Source: Candidatus Bathyarchaeia archaeon (GTDB lineage Archaea > Thermoproteota > Bathyarchaeia > 40CM-2-53-6). From it: a DNA stretch of 64,000 nt. The translations under genes were made by a program, and so were the position numbers. Below, piece after piece: positions 55,755 to 64,000 of this stretch. The stretch spans positions 384,001-448,000 of the forward strand of contig JBEKFP010000001.1 of NCBI GenBank assembly GCA_050013255.1, written 5' to 3'. The notes under the pieces were generated by a model that saw only the letters and a program-made list of their open reading frames with translations, was not told the DNA's origin and did not search any database. How positions within the stretch are numbered: the first letter of the stretch is position 1; every line of letters begins with the position of its first letter.

Positions 55755-56579
55755 GTGGCCTGGGTTCGACGTGAACTTGACTCGATAGGCATACCTCCAC
55801 TCAAGAGGTTCGGACAACATTTTCTAATCGACAAGGGGGTACGCGAGCGCCTAGTCGAGCTGGCTGAACTAACAACCAATGATACAGTCCTCGAGGTGGG
55901 CCCTGGTCTCGGTTTCTTGACGGCAGCGTTGATAAGCAGAGCAGGACGGACAATAGCGATCGAGAAAGATCGGACACTCGCTGCATATCTGAAAGAAAAA
56001 TTCTCAAACCAACAGAACTTGACAGTTGTTCAAGCTGACGCGCTAACCATCCAGATCCCAGAAGGCTCGAAGGTCGTTTCCAGTCCCCCCTACAACATTT
56101 CGTCAAAGCTCATACTTCTAATCATGAACAGTCGATTTCGACTGGCGGCACTATTGATGCAAGAGGAATTTGTCCGAAGGTTAACAGCCTCCAGTGGGTC
56201 TCGCGACTACGGACGGCTCAGCGTGATGCTACAATCCAAGGCCACAGCCAAACTTGACATGAAAGTCCCGCGTGAGGCATTCTACCCGAAACCGAGAGTT
56301 GACTCCGCCCTCGTTACAATTAGGCCCAGCATCGAAAAGCTTCAGGTACAGAATGAGCAGTTATTCATCGACATGGTACGAGCGCTGTTCACCCAACGCC
56401 GCCGAAAGCTGAGAGGAGTCTTGGCGAGATACCTGAAAGCCCAATACCCAACGCTAAGTGACACGATAATTCAACAAATACCGCTAATTGAAAAACGAAT
56501 CTACGAACTCAACCCAAACGAGTTAGTCGTATTGTCAAACCAGATCGCTGAGGCAACCACGGAATCTGGGCGTGAATGA
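55755..56579 (+). CDS. rsmA: 16S rRNA dimethyladenosine transferase
   Basis: FGQHFL, EVGPGLG, SSPPYNISS, YGRLSV. Confidence 0.95.
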   Translation: MAWVRRELDSIGIPPLKRFGQHFLIDKGVRERLVELAELTTNDTVLEVGPGLGFLTAALISRAGRTIAIEKDRTLAAYLKEKFSNQQNLTVVQADALTIQIPEGSKVVSSPPYNISSKLILLIMNSRFRLAALLMQEEFVRRLTASSGSRDYGRLSVMLQSKATAKLDMKVPREAFYPKPRVDSALVTIRPSIEKLQVQNEQLFIDMVRALFTQRRRKLRGVLARYLKAQYPTLSDTIIQQIPLIEKRIYELNPNELVVLSNQIAEATTESGRE

Positions 56580-57276
56580 ATCGCCGATTAGAGTAATTCT
56601 CCTAGAACCAGAGACAGGGGGAAACATTGGCTCCGTAGCTCGATCGATGAAGAACTTCCAGCTCAACGATCTCTGGTTAGTCAACCCGCAGACACCCATC
56701 AATGACGAGGCAAGGGCATTTGCAATGGGCGGCCTCGATGTTCTCAAATTGGCTAAGGTCGTTAGCACCTTCAGAAAAGCGCTAAAGGGAGTGGACTTGG
56801 TTGTAGGAACCAGTTCTGTGGCCGCAACAAGCACATCCAACCTTTCCAGAATATCAATCAAACCAGTCGAACTCGCTAAGAAAGTTCAGGCAGTCAAAGG
56901 GACTACTGCAATCGTCTTCGGAAGAGAGAGCTCCGGATTAAGCAACCGAGAGGTAGAAGGATGCGACTTCATGGTTACAATACCTGCAAGCCGCGAATAC
57001 AACGTACTTAACATAGCCACCGCCGCCTCAATCATCTTCTACGAAATCTTCCACCAAAGAATAAGAAGACGAAACTTTGAGTTGGCCTCAAGACCTGCCA
57101 TGGGAAGGCTCCTCCGGCAATTTGACGGCCTACTGAAACGAAGTCACATGGCGCCACATAGGCGTAAACTCGCCCATCGAGCCTTTCGCAACCTGATCTC
57201 ACGCGCTTTTGTTTCAAAGCGCGAAGCGTCGCTCCTCCTTGGACTATTTAGGAAGCTACAAGCAGAGCTGACGTGA
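56572..57276 (+). CDS. trmJ: TrmJ-family SPOUT tRNA methyltransferase
   Basis: GNIGSVARSMKNF, FGRESSGL, YNVLNI. Confidence 0.88.
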   Translation: MNESPIRVILLEPETGGNIGSVARSMKNFQLNDLWLVNPQTPINDEARAFAMGGLDVLKLAKVVSTFRKALKGVDLVVGTSSVAATSTSNLSRISIKPVELAKKVQAVKGTTAIVFGRESSGLSNREVEGCDFMVTIPASREYNVLNIATAASIIFYEIFHQRIRRRNFELASRPAMGRLLRQFDGLLKRSHMAPHRRKLAHRAFRNLISRAFVSKREASLLLGLFRKLQAELT

Positions 57277-57306
57277 GCCATTGTGGAGAGCAGGCAGTGA
57301 TAGACC

Positions 57307-57891
57307 ATGAGAATTCTAGCTCTCGCTATTCTTTTGATAATTCTTGTCTGCGTGTCACCAACTGCAGCCACAGGATCTGGAACTGGGTCGGTAATAGTCC
57401 AAATTCAAGGATATGGAACAGTTCACGGCCAATTACAGAACGCACTCATACAGTCAAACAATAACGTCACGATGTCAATGGTGGTGAACGATCAACTCCA
57501 GACCCCTCAGGGCTCTTTCCCCCTCCAGGCGACCGGCGACTGGAACGGAGCTCTGAACAATTCAACGCTATCGGGTACAATCGATAACGTTCAAGGAAAA
57601 ATCCACGTCTGCGTAATTTCCTCATGCAACGACGTCGACTTTAGCGGCCACGGGACTTGGACGGGGCAACTTCAAACCGCCTCATCTGGAAGTGGAAACT
57701 ACACCGGAACAATAACTATCACGAACTCTCAGTATCCGCAGATTCCACTAGGTCAAACAATTCCCATTTATGGCTCATGGGCCTCGAACTTCGCATCTGT
57801 CGTCCCTGAGTTCAATTACCACATCATTCTACTGCTCCTTGCTACCCTAATGGCCGCAACTATCCTGACGCATAGAAGACGGAGAACGTAG
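57307..57891 (+). CDS. Secreted beta-rich protein with PEF-CTERM-like sorting signal
   Basis: N-terminal signal peptide; VVPEF + TM + RRRR tail. Confidence 0.75.
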   Translation: MRILALAILLIILVCVSPTAATGSGTGSVIVQIQGYGTVHGQLQNALIQSNNNVTMSMVVNDQLQTPQGSFPLQATGDWNGALNNSTLSGTIDNVQGKIHVCVISSCNDVDFSGHGTWTGQLQTASSGSGNYTGTITITNSQYPQIPLGQTIPIYGSWASNFASVVPEFNYHIILLLLATLMAATILTHRRRRT

Positions 57892-58040
57892 ACCTGCCTG
57901 CTCCGACAAGATTGTGTGCGAGAAAGCATCAATCATGGAGGGCGGGACATCAGGGACCGCAGTCAAGAGCTTCGAAACGAAGGCATGTAAGCTTAAGTAA
58001 CACTCGATGCAATCTCGCTAAAATCCCTGGTGGATTAGAC

Positions 58041-58565
58041 ATGAAGGGTAGAAACTACAGGCAAATCAAAGGCCAGCCCTACACTAGGGGAAAATATATT
58101 CACGGTACTCCGCCGCCGAAAATATCAAAGTTCATGATGGGAGACACGAAGGCACATTTCGAATATCGAATATCTTTGGTAGCACAAAGCCCAGAGCAGA
58201 TCAGACATAATGCACTCGAAGCAGCACGCGTTGCAGCAAACAAGGTGTTGTTCGACGCGTTGGGCGAAACAGGCTACAAGATTCATCTTCGAGTTTATCC
58301 CCACATTATCCTTCGAGAGAATCGAATGATCGCAACCGCAGGCGCCGACAGGCTACAAGAGGGAATGCGAAGGGCCTTCGGTAAACCGAGCGGAAGAGCC
58401 GCTAGGGTTAAGACAGGACAGTCAATCCTCGACATTTACGTTAACAGAAATGCGGTCGACGCTGCGAAGAAGGCAATGCGGGTCGGGTCTACAAAACTTG
58501 CGGTCGCTTGCATTGTGACCCAAGAAACCTTGGCACCGCCTGCCGTCTCTGTCTTGGCAAAATAA
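58041..58565 (+). CDS. rpl10e: 50S ribosomal protein uL16 (L10e)
   Basis: ALEAARVAAN, AGADRLQEGMRRAFGKP. Confidence 0.96.
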   Translation: MKGRNYRQIKGQPYTRGKYIHGTPPPKISKFMMGDTKAHFEYRISLVAQSPEQIRHNALEAARVAANKVLFDALGETGYKIHLRVYPHIILRENRMIATAGADRLQEGMRRAFGKPSGRAARVKTGQSILDIYVNRNAVDAAKKAMRVGSTKLAVACIVTQETLAPPAVSVLAK

Positions 58566-58581
58566 GGTTCCTTAGCGATCC

Positions 58582-59313
58582 TTACTTTTGACCACAAACT
58601 AACGCGACCACACCTAAGGTCATCTTTTCAGAAAGTGTACGCTGAAACCCAGCATCGAGAAGTGCATCCGAGGTTTCATTCGCCGTTGAGGATTTCAATA
58701 TCGTATTTGCAAGATAGACTAGGGTACGCTTCCAATAGCCAGAAACAAGTCCACCAATAGCTGGAAGGACGTGAAATATGTGGAAGTTGTAGAGCCGCCA
58801 CACGGTAACCTCTTCTGGCCTAACGAAGTCGACTGAGAGAAACCAACCAGAGCGAAGTAAAACCCTCAGCGAGTCCCGCAACATGGCCAATTTATCAGCA
58901 AAATTGCGCAACGCCAAACCAATCGTTACATACCTGAAAGTTGCGTCGCGAAATGGAAGATATTCTCCTACGGCCCTTACAAAATCGACCTTACATTCAC
59001 CCTGAAATATTTGCTTTTTTCGGTTGGCTATGCTCAGCATCGCAGGGCTCAGATCTAGACCAACAATCAAACCACCATCCCTAATCGCACGACTTAGCTC
59101 GAAAGTGACAAGCCCTGTCCCGCAGGCCAAATCCAACACCATAACCTCTCCAGAGAAATCCATTTTTGCGAACATGCGCCTCCTCCAAACCCAGTCGAAT
59201 GAAAGAGTCATCAGGTGCAGCAGGACGTCGTACTCTCTCTCAACATCTGTGAAGATGGTCCTAACGAATCTTGCTTTGTCAAGGAATCTTGTTGGGATTT
59301 CCATCTGAGTCAT
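58582..59313 (-). CDS. UbiE/MenG-family methyltransferase
   Basis: YDVLLHLMT...WRR, DLACGTG, LALRN. Confidence 0.85.
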   Translation of the reverse strand: MTQMEIPTRFLDKARFVRTIFTDVEREYDVLLHLMTLSFDWVWRRRMFAKMDFSGEVMVLDLACGTGLVTFELSRAIRDGGLIVGLDLSPAMLSIANRKKQIFQGECKVDFVRAVGEYLPFRDATFRYVTIGLALRNFADKLAMLRDSLRVLLRSGWFLSVDFVRPEEVTVWRLYNFHIFHVLPAIGGLVSGYWKRTLVYLANTILKSSTANETSDALLDAGFQRTLSEKMTLGVVALVCGQK

Positions 59314-59383
59314 ATGCTTGAGTGCCTCTCACGCAAAGGAACGGTTAAGTTCTGCAGTAAGCCTGCTACACCGATGTCTGACC

Positions 59384-60394
59384 ATGTACCAACTAGAAGA
59401 AGATAGCATAATAGATGAGATAAGAAGGCGCGGTTCGAAGAGAATTCTCCTCCAAATGCCTGAAGGCCTGAAACCAACCGGATTTCGACTGGCAAAACTA
59501 CTTGAGAAGGAAACGAAAGCCGAAGTATTCGTCTCAGGTGACCCTTGCTACGGTGCCTGCGACCTTGCGCTCTACCCGAAGAAGCACATCGACGCGGACT
59601 TACTCGTTCACCTTGGGCACGCGGAGATTCCGGGCGAATTCGCCGACGAGAACGTTTTGTATGTTGAAGCACGGGCGGATGTGCCAATACTAGAACCAAT
59701 GGTTCAGGCCTTGAAAATGTTAGAGAGGGAGCAAGTGATCGGACTCGCTTCAAACATCCAGCATATTCACCAGATCGATAAAGCCAAAGAAATTCTGGAA
59801 GGACACGGAAAGAAGGTACTCATTGGTCGGCCATCGGGCTGGCTAAAGTATCCGGGGCAGGTTCTCGGATGTGACTACGGTAGCGTAAGAGCAATTGCAG
59901 AAAAAGTTGACGCCGTCATCATCTTGAGCGGAGGAGATTTCCACGCCCTCGGAATTCCGCTGGCAACAGGCAAACGGACCATCGTCGTCGACCCATTTCA
60001 ACAAACAGCGAAAGACATGACCGAAGTCTGTCGAAAACTCCTCCGTAAGAGGTGGATGAATATTGAAAAATTCAAACAAGCCAAAAGGATCGGAATCATC
60101 GTTGGCCTGAAGAGTAGTCAAATGAATATTTCTCTTGCGCGTCGGCTCAAGGAGCTCTTGGAAGAGAGGGAGTATTCGAGTATCTTAATTTGCGCAACCG
60201 AGGTGATTCCTGAGACCCTAGGCTCCTTCACAGACTTAGACGCCTACGTCGAAATCTCATGCCCACGAATAAGCACCGACGACCAAGAACGTTATCGCAA
60301 ACCCATCCTTAATCCGGAAGAGGTCATGATAGCATTAGGTAAGAAGAGCTGGGAAGATTACACCAAAGGAATGACGTTGGAAGAATGGCATTAG
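59384..60394 (+). CDS. dph2: Diphthamide biosynthesis enzyme Dph2
   Basis: LQMPEGLK, CYGACD, GQVLGC, SCPRI. Confidence 0.95.
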   Translation: MYQLEEDSIIDEIRRRGSKRILLQMPEGLKPTGFRLAKLLEKETKAEVFVSGDPCYGACDLALYPKKHIDADLLVHLGHAEIPGEFADENVLYVEARADVPILEPMVQALKMLEREQVIGLASNIQHIHQIDKAKEILEGHGKKVLIGRPSGWLKYPGQVLGCDYGSVRAIAEKVDAVIILSGGDFHALGIPLATGKRTIVVDPFQQTAKDMTEVCRKLLRKRWMNIEKFKQAKRIGIIVGLKSSQMNISLARRLKELLEEREYSSILICATEVIPETLGSFTDLDAYVEISCPRISTDDQERYRKPILNPEEVMIALGKKSWEDYTKGMTLEEWH

Positions 60395-60407
60395 ACTCGA
60401 CCCAGAG

Positions 60408-61046
60408 TTGAAGGCTATTATCTTGCACTCCCGACCGGTCCTGATTCGCAAGCGCGATCTAACGATCAAACTGCAGCAAGTAATGTCTCACCCTGAACCC
60501 CAAGTTGCCCTCGAGCAGTACACTATCTCAGCCGACCTAGCGGCAGACATCCTCTTCGAAGCATGCTACGTATACGATGACATCGAAAATAAATCGGTGG
60601 CAGACCTCGGCACAGGAACGGGGAGACTCGCCCTAGGCGCTTCAATGCTCGGTGCGGGATACGTAGTCGGAATCGACCTAGACTCCACCAGCCTTTTTGT
60701 CGCCTCGAGGAACGCCAAACTGCTGGAGGTACATCCAGATTGGGTATGCGGTGTCGTAGAAGGCCTAAGGGGAAAGGTTGATACAGTTCTAATGAACCCG
60801 CCATTTGGCACCAGGCAACCACACGCCGATATTCACTTTCTTCAAATCGCCCTAGCCTTGGGGACAACAGTCTACAGTATCCACAAGTCTTCCACTCGCG
60901 AATTTCTCACTCGCTGGTTACAGGGACGAGCAAACAAGACCGAAAGAATTCTGAGTACAAGAATGGAAATTCCACATCAGTTCTCCTTCCACACAAAGCG
61001 AAGCCGCAAAGTCGAAGTCGACGTATTCAGAATTCAGTCGAGTTAG
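60408..61046 (+). CDS. METTL5-family methyltransferase
   Basis: LEQYT, DLGTGTG, MNPPFG, YSIHK. Confidence 0.9.
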   Translation: MKAIILHSRPVLIRKRDLTIKLQQVMSHPEPQVALEQYTISADLAADILFEACYVYDDIENKSVADLGTGTGRLALGASMLGAGYVVGIDLDSTSLFVASRNAKLLEVHPDWVCGVVEGLRGKVDTVLMNPPFGTRQPHADIHFLQIALALGTTVYSIHKSSTREFLTRWLQGRANKTERILSTRMEIPHQFSFHTKRSRKVEVDVFRIQSS

Positions 61047-61183
61047 TTCGATTTGTGCCTGCCCTTATATACAGGGCTGCAATCTAACGCCCACAAATCT
61101 GCGCAACTGTTGGAGAAATATCTTCGAGAGTCACCGAATCGGCGAAGAAATCCAAGGCTTGATTACAACTCTGGTGGTAAGAA

Positions 61184-61756
61184 TTGAGTAAGGCACCACG
61201 TGAAATGGTTCAATCCGTCCTTCCCGGAGACAAATTAGGAGTTGTGGAACAATTCCTTCCTGGCGTTGGCACCTACGAAAAGGAAGGGGCGATTTACGCA
61301 AATTTTACCGGGAACGCTAATATTGACCTGAAGAACAAGCGCGTGACCGTGGTTCCAACCACGAGGGTACCCAAACTTCCCAAGGAAGGAGCCACAGTTC
61401 TTGCATCGGTGATACATGCACAGGAGAAGATGGCGACTGTGAATATCTGGAAGATAGATGACAAGTTGCTGCACAACCCATTCACTGCAATCCTTCACAT
61501 CTCCTCATCGAGCCCCCGATATGAGAGAAATATGTCTGATGTATGCAAGTCAGGTGATATACTCCGCGCAAGAGTCATCGATATGACTAACAGAATTCCA
61601 CAACTGACAACAGCGGGTCGCGGTCTGGGAGTCGTTAAGGCCTTCTGTTCCAAGTGTGGAGCCGTATTGGAGTTTAAGGACAGAAGACTCCAGTGTCCGT
61701 CATGCGGAAACCTTGAGAATAGGAGGCTCGCAGAAGATTACGAGCAAGCTGCGTAA
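61184..61756 (+). CDS. csl4: Exosome RNA-binding subunit Csl4
   Basis: VLPGDKLG, S1 domain, LGVVKAFCSKCG...CPSCG. Confidence 0.94.
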   Translation: MSKAPREMVQSVLPGDKLGVVEQFLPGVGTYEKEGAIYANFTGNANIDLKNKRVTVVPTTRVPKLPKEGATVLASVIHAQEKMATVNIWKIDDKLLHNPFTAILHISSSSPRYERNMSDVCKSGDILRARVIDMTNRIPQLTTAGRGLGVVKAFCSKCGAVLEFKDRRLQCPSCGNLENRRLAEDYEQAA

Positions 61757-61758
61757 AG

Positions 61759-62052
61759 GTGCGAATGATGGAAGTCAAGGTTCTATCAAAGTCGAAGAAC
61801 GACCTTAGGCTCGAAATAGTTGGCGAGGACCATACCTTCTGCAACCTACTTCAGAGCCTCTTACTTGAGGACAAGAACGTAGAGATTGCGGGTTACGACC
61901 AACCCCACCCGCTAATCAGATCAAGCATCGTCTACCTGAGAACAAAACGTGAAGCTTCACCCGAAAAGGTGCTTCTGAACGCCCTGGCTGGCATTCAGGA
62001 ACTTAACAAGGAGTTTAACGAGAAATTCGCCAAGGCCGTCGGACCTTCCTAA
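61759..62052 (+). CDS. rpoL: RNA polymerase subunit Rpo11/L
   Basis: GEDHTFCNLL, GYDQPHPL. Confidence 0.95.
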   Translation: MRMMEVKVLSKSKNDLRLEIVGEDHTFCNLLQSLLLEDKNVEIAGYDQPHPLIRSSIVYLRTKREASPEKVLLNALAGIQELNKEFNEKFAKAVGPS

Positions 62053-62420
62053 TGAATAACGAAGAGACCCTTCGCCAAGTCATGCGGAGCAAGCAACTGG
62101 CCAGTTTGGGGGATGCGTTCGTAAATTTCGTCTATTCTTTGGCGCTAACTCAGGCTAACGGAAAACCTCAATCCGTGAAGGTTAGCGATAGAATTCTTGC
62201 AAATGCTTTCAAGCTTTCAGGCCTACGTAAGTATCTCGGAACTCGGATCTCAAAGAAAGACCTTGCAAATGCCTCAGAGTCTCTTTTGGTTGATGCATAC
62301 CAGAAAAAACTCATCACAATCGAAGAAAGCGTGAGAATCCTCAGTGAAGACCCTAATGGCCTACAAGTAGGGCTCTCACAACTGATGAAACTAACTGCAG
62401 AGCGAATAGCTCGCAGCTAG
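62052..62420 (+). CDS. Archaeal RNase III-like protein
   Basis: LASLGDAFVNFVYSLA...ANASE. Confidence 0.8.
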   Translation: MNNEETLRQVMRSKQLASLGDAFVNFVYSLALTQANGKPQSVKVSDRILANAFKLSGLRKYLGTRISKKDLANASESLLVDAYQKKLITIEESVRILSEDPNGLQVGLSQLMKLTAERIARS

Positions 62421-62434
62421 CTGGCGACTTTCTG

Positions 62435-62962
62435 TTGCTCAAGAAGGAAACTAGAATTTTAGGTCTAAGCGCAACACCACGTCTAAAAGGTGGGACTTTT
62501 TTCGTCGGCGTCATTTTCAGGGGTAGCTTTTGGCTGGACGGGATCCTGACATGCACCGTAAGGCCCAAGAGGGGTCTCGAAACGTTGAGGCTGTCAAGAG
62601 CGATAATGAAGTCTAGACAGTATTCGCAATTGCACGCCATCATCATTTCGAAAGATCAAAATGTCCTCCGACGAGATAATCACATCACAGAGTTAGCGCA
62701 CAGACTCAAATTGCCAGTTATATTACTACTCAAACGCGCGTCGGTAAAGAAACGTATACAACCGCCGGGAGTGAAGCAGTATGATCTCGACATTAACGGT
62801 GAACGACTTCATGTCTCCGCCAAAGGGATAAGCTTCACGAAGCTTCAAGAATTGTTCACCGTTGGCTGCGCTCCGGATTCTTACATTCCTGAAGCTGTGA
62901 GAGTTGCGGATCTGATGACAAAGCAAGTAACGCTTAAATGGAACTCTCTGAGATTGGCGTAG
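62435..62962 (+). CDS. DUF99 (endonuclease V-like) family protein
   Basis: RILG, GVIFRG...DG, IPEAVRVA. Confidence 0.75.
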   Translation: MLKKETRILGLSATPRLKGGTFFVGVIFRGSFWLDGILTCTVRPKRGLETLRLSRAIMKSRQYSQLHAIIISKDQNVLRRDNHITELAHRLKLPVILLLKRASVKKRIQPPGVKQYDLDINGERLHVSAKGISFTKLQELFTVGCAPDSYIPEAVRVADLMTKQVTLKWNSLRLA

Positions 62963-62978
62963 CCGGTCGTTACCAAAA

Positions 62979-63302
62979 GTGCAATTTTGTCCAAAGTGCG
63001 GTTTAGCTCTTCTGCCTACAAAGAAACAGAAATCCGTCGTCTTGAGTTGCCCGAAATGTGGCTACGAGACGAAGCGGTCAGACCGCACGGTGCAAAAGTT
63101 AGAGCAACAAAAAGAGAATGTGGTCGTCATCGGTAAAGAAGAACAGAAGATTCGTACACTGCCGAAGACGAAAGTTGATTGCCCCAAGTGTGGACACAAA
63201 GAGGCGTTCTATTGGCTTGTGCAAACGCGCGGAGCAGATGAGTCCTCAACACAGTTCTTCCGGTGCACAAGTTGTGGGGCAACTTGGCGTGAAAATTCCT
63301 AG
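62979..63302 (+). CDS. tfs: Transcription factor S
   Basis: FCPKCG...CPKCG, QTRGADE, CTSCG. Confidence 0.95.
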   Translation: MQFCPKCGLALLPTKKQKSVVLSCPKCGYETKRSDRTVQKLEQQKENVVVIGKEEQKIRTLPKTKVDCPKCGHKEAFYWLVQTRGADESSTQFFRCTSCGATWRENS

Positions 63303-63386
63303 GGTCCATGTCTCGACTCGCACCGCTCAATTAAAATGCGTAAGGTTCTCTCTCTAAGACACCATTCGATATCCGGTGACTGATGA

Positions 63387-64000
63387 ATGTTCAAAGCTAC
63401 GATCAGTGATGCGAGGCTTTGGAAGAACCTTCTCGCGGGGATATCTACACTCATTGAGGAAGCCGACTTCAACGCCGCCCCTGAAGGAATCAAACTAAGA
63501 TCGATGGATCCATCCCATGTGGCCATGGTTGACTTTGAATGGAACAAATCAGCATTTGAAGAATATACCTGCCTACAACCAACCAAGATTCGATTGAATG
63601 TAGCCGACATTGTCAAGAAACTACGCGGCGCTGGGCAAGAACCCCTCGAAATGTCATACGATGAAAATACTCGAAAGTTCAGCATGGTCATCAAAGGAAA
63701 ATGGAAGACCACGTTTACTCTCCCCACGCTGGACCCCGGAAATGAAGAAGTGCCGACGCCGAAAATTACTTTCAACACGAAAATTAAAATGATCAGCTCA
63801 AGCTTCAAAGACATAATTGATCAAATTCAAACAGTCAGCGATAACGTGAGGTTCGAGACTACCCCAGAGAAATTCACCGCGGAAGCAGTTACGGAACTCA
63901 GTGGAGCAAAGATTGAGTTAGAGAAGGGCAGCGACGTTTTGCTGGAGCTTGAGGTCAAGGAACCATGCAAAGCAACCTTCAACCTGAACTACTTAGCGGA
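63387..64000 (+). CDS. pcn: PCNA sliding clamp (partial, runs off the window end; not in the ORF track)
   Basis: MFKATISDARLWKNLL...EGIKLRSMDPSHVAMVDF. Confidence 0.95.
   Translation, partial: MFKATISDARLWKNLLAGISTLIEEADFNAAPEGIKLRSMDPSHVAMVDFEWNKSAFEEYTCLQPTKIRLNVADIVKKLRGAGQEPLEMSYDENTRKFSMVIKGKWKTTFTLPTLDPGNEEVPTPKITFNTKIKMISSSFKDIIDQIQTVSDNVRFETTPEKFTAEAVTELSGAKIELEKGSDVLLELEVKEPCKATFNLNYLA

Noticed and set aside
52306-63814. Long antisense ORFs (e.g. 52306..52893, 63299..63814)
   Set aside because: Antisense shadows of srp54 and PCNA
1-64000. CRISPR array, rRNA, intact tRNA, integrase or transposase
   Set aside because: No regularly spaced repeats, complete cloverleaf, rRNA signature or recombinase/transposase motifs were found by eye

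Overview
Archaeal DNA, most likely a TACK-lineage organism such as Bathyarchaeia. This is inferred from the core genes and their order, the frequent TTG/GTG starts and a PEF-CTERM protein. The window has four zones. (1) About 0.4-16.7 kb is a defence/mobile-element island. It holds a catalytically divergent, Zn-less TGT-fold protein, a Panacea-like/UPF0175 antitoxin fusion with a DUF3368 PIN toxin, a Type III R-M system with an extra PD-(D/E)xK nuclease, a HEPN-like protein, several RHH proteins, a broken VapBC, a wHTH + DUF6036 nucleotidyltransferase pair, and an intact orphan RHH-TerS-TerL packaging module with no portal, capsid or integrase in the window. (2) About 17-28.5 kb is a peptide uptake/catabolism cluster of two convergent units: two CocE/NonD hydrolases, a Dpp ABC transporter, an M19 dipeptidase and a proline racemase. 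(3) About 28.5-43.4 kb is a patchwork of small accessory genes: TA modules, an LLM oxidoreductase, a KaiC-like-STAND-TPR protein, a KaiC-like + tandem V4R-like pair and PfpI. It contains a 45-bp and an 86-bp direct repeat. (4) About 43.4-64 kb is core genes for translation, RNA processing, transcription and replication, ending in a partial PCNA. nob1 and aIF5A appear to start at CTG. No rRNA, intact tRNA or CRISPR array was seen. All calls come from motif recognition by eye; no searches were run.
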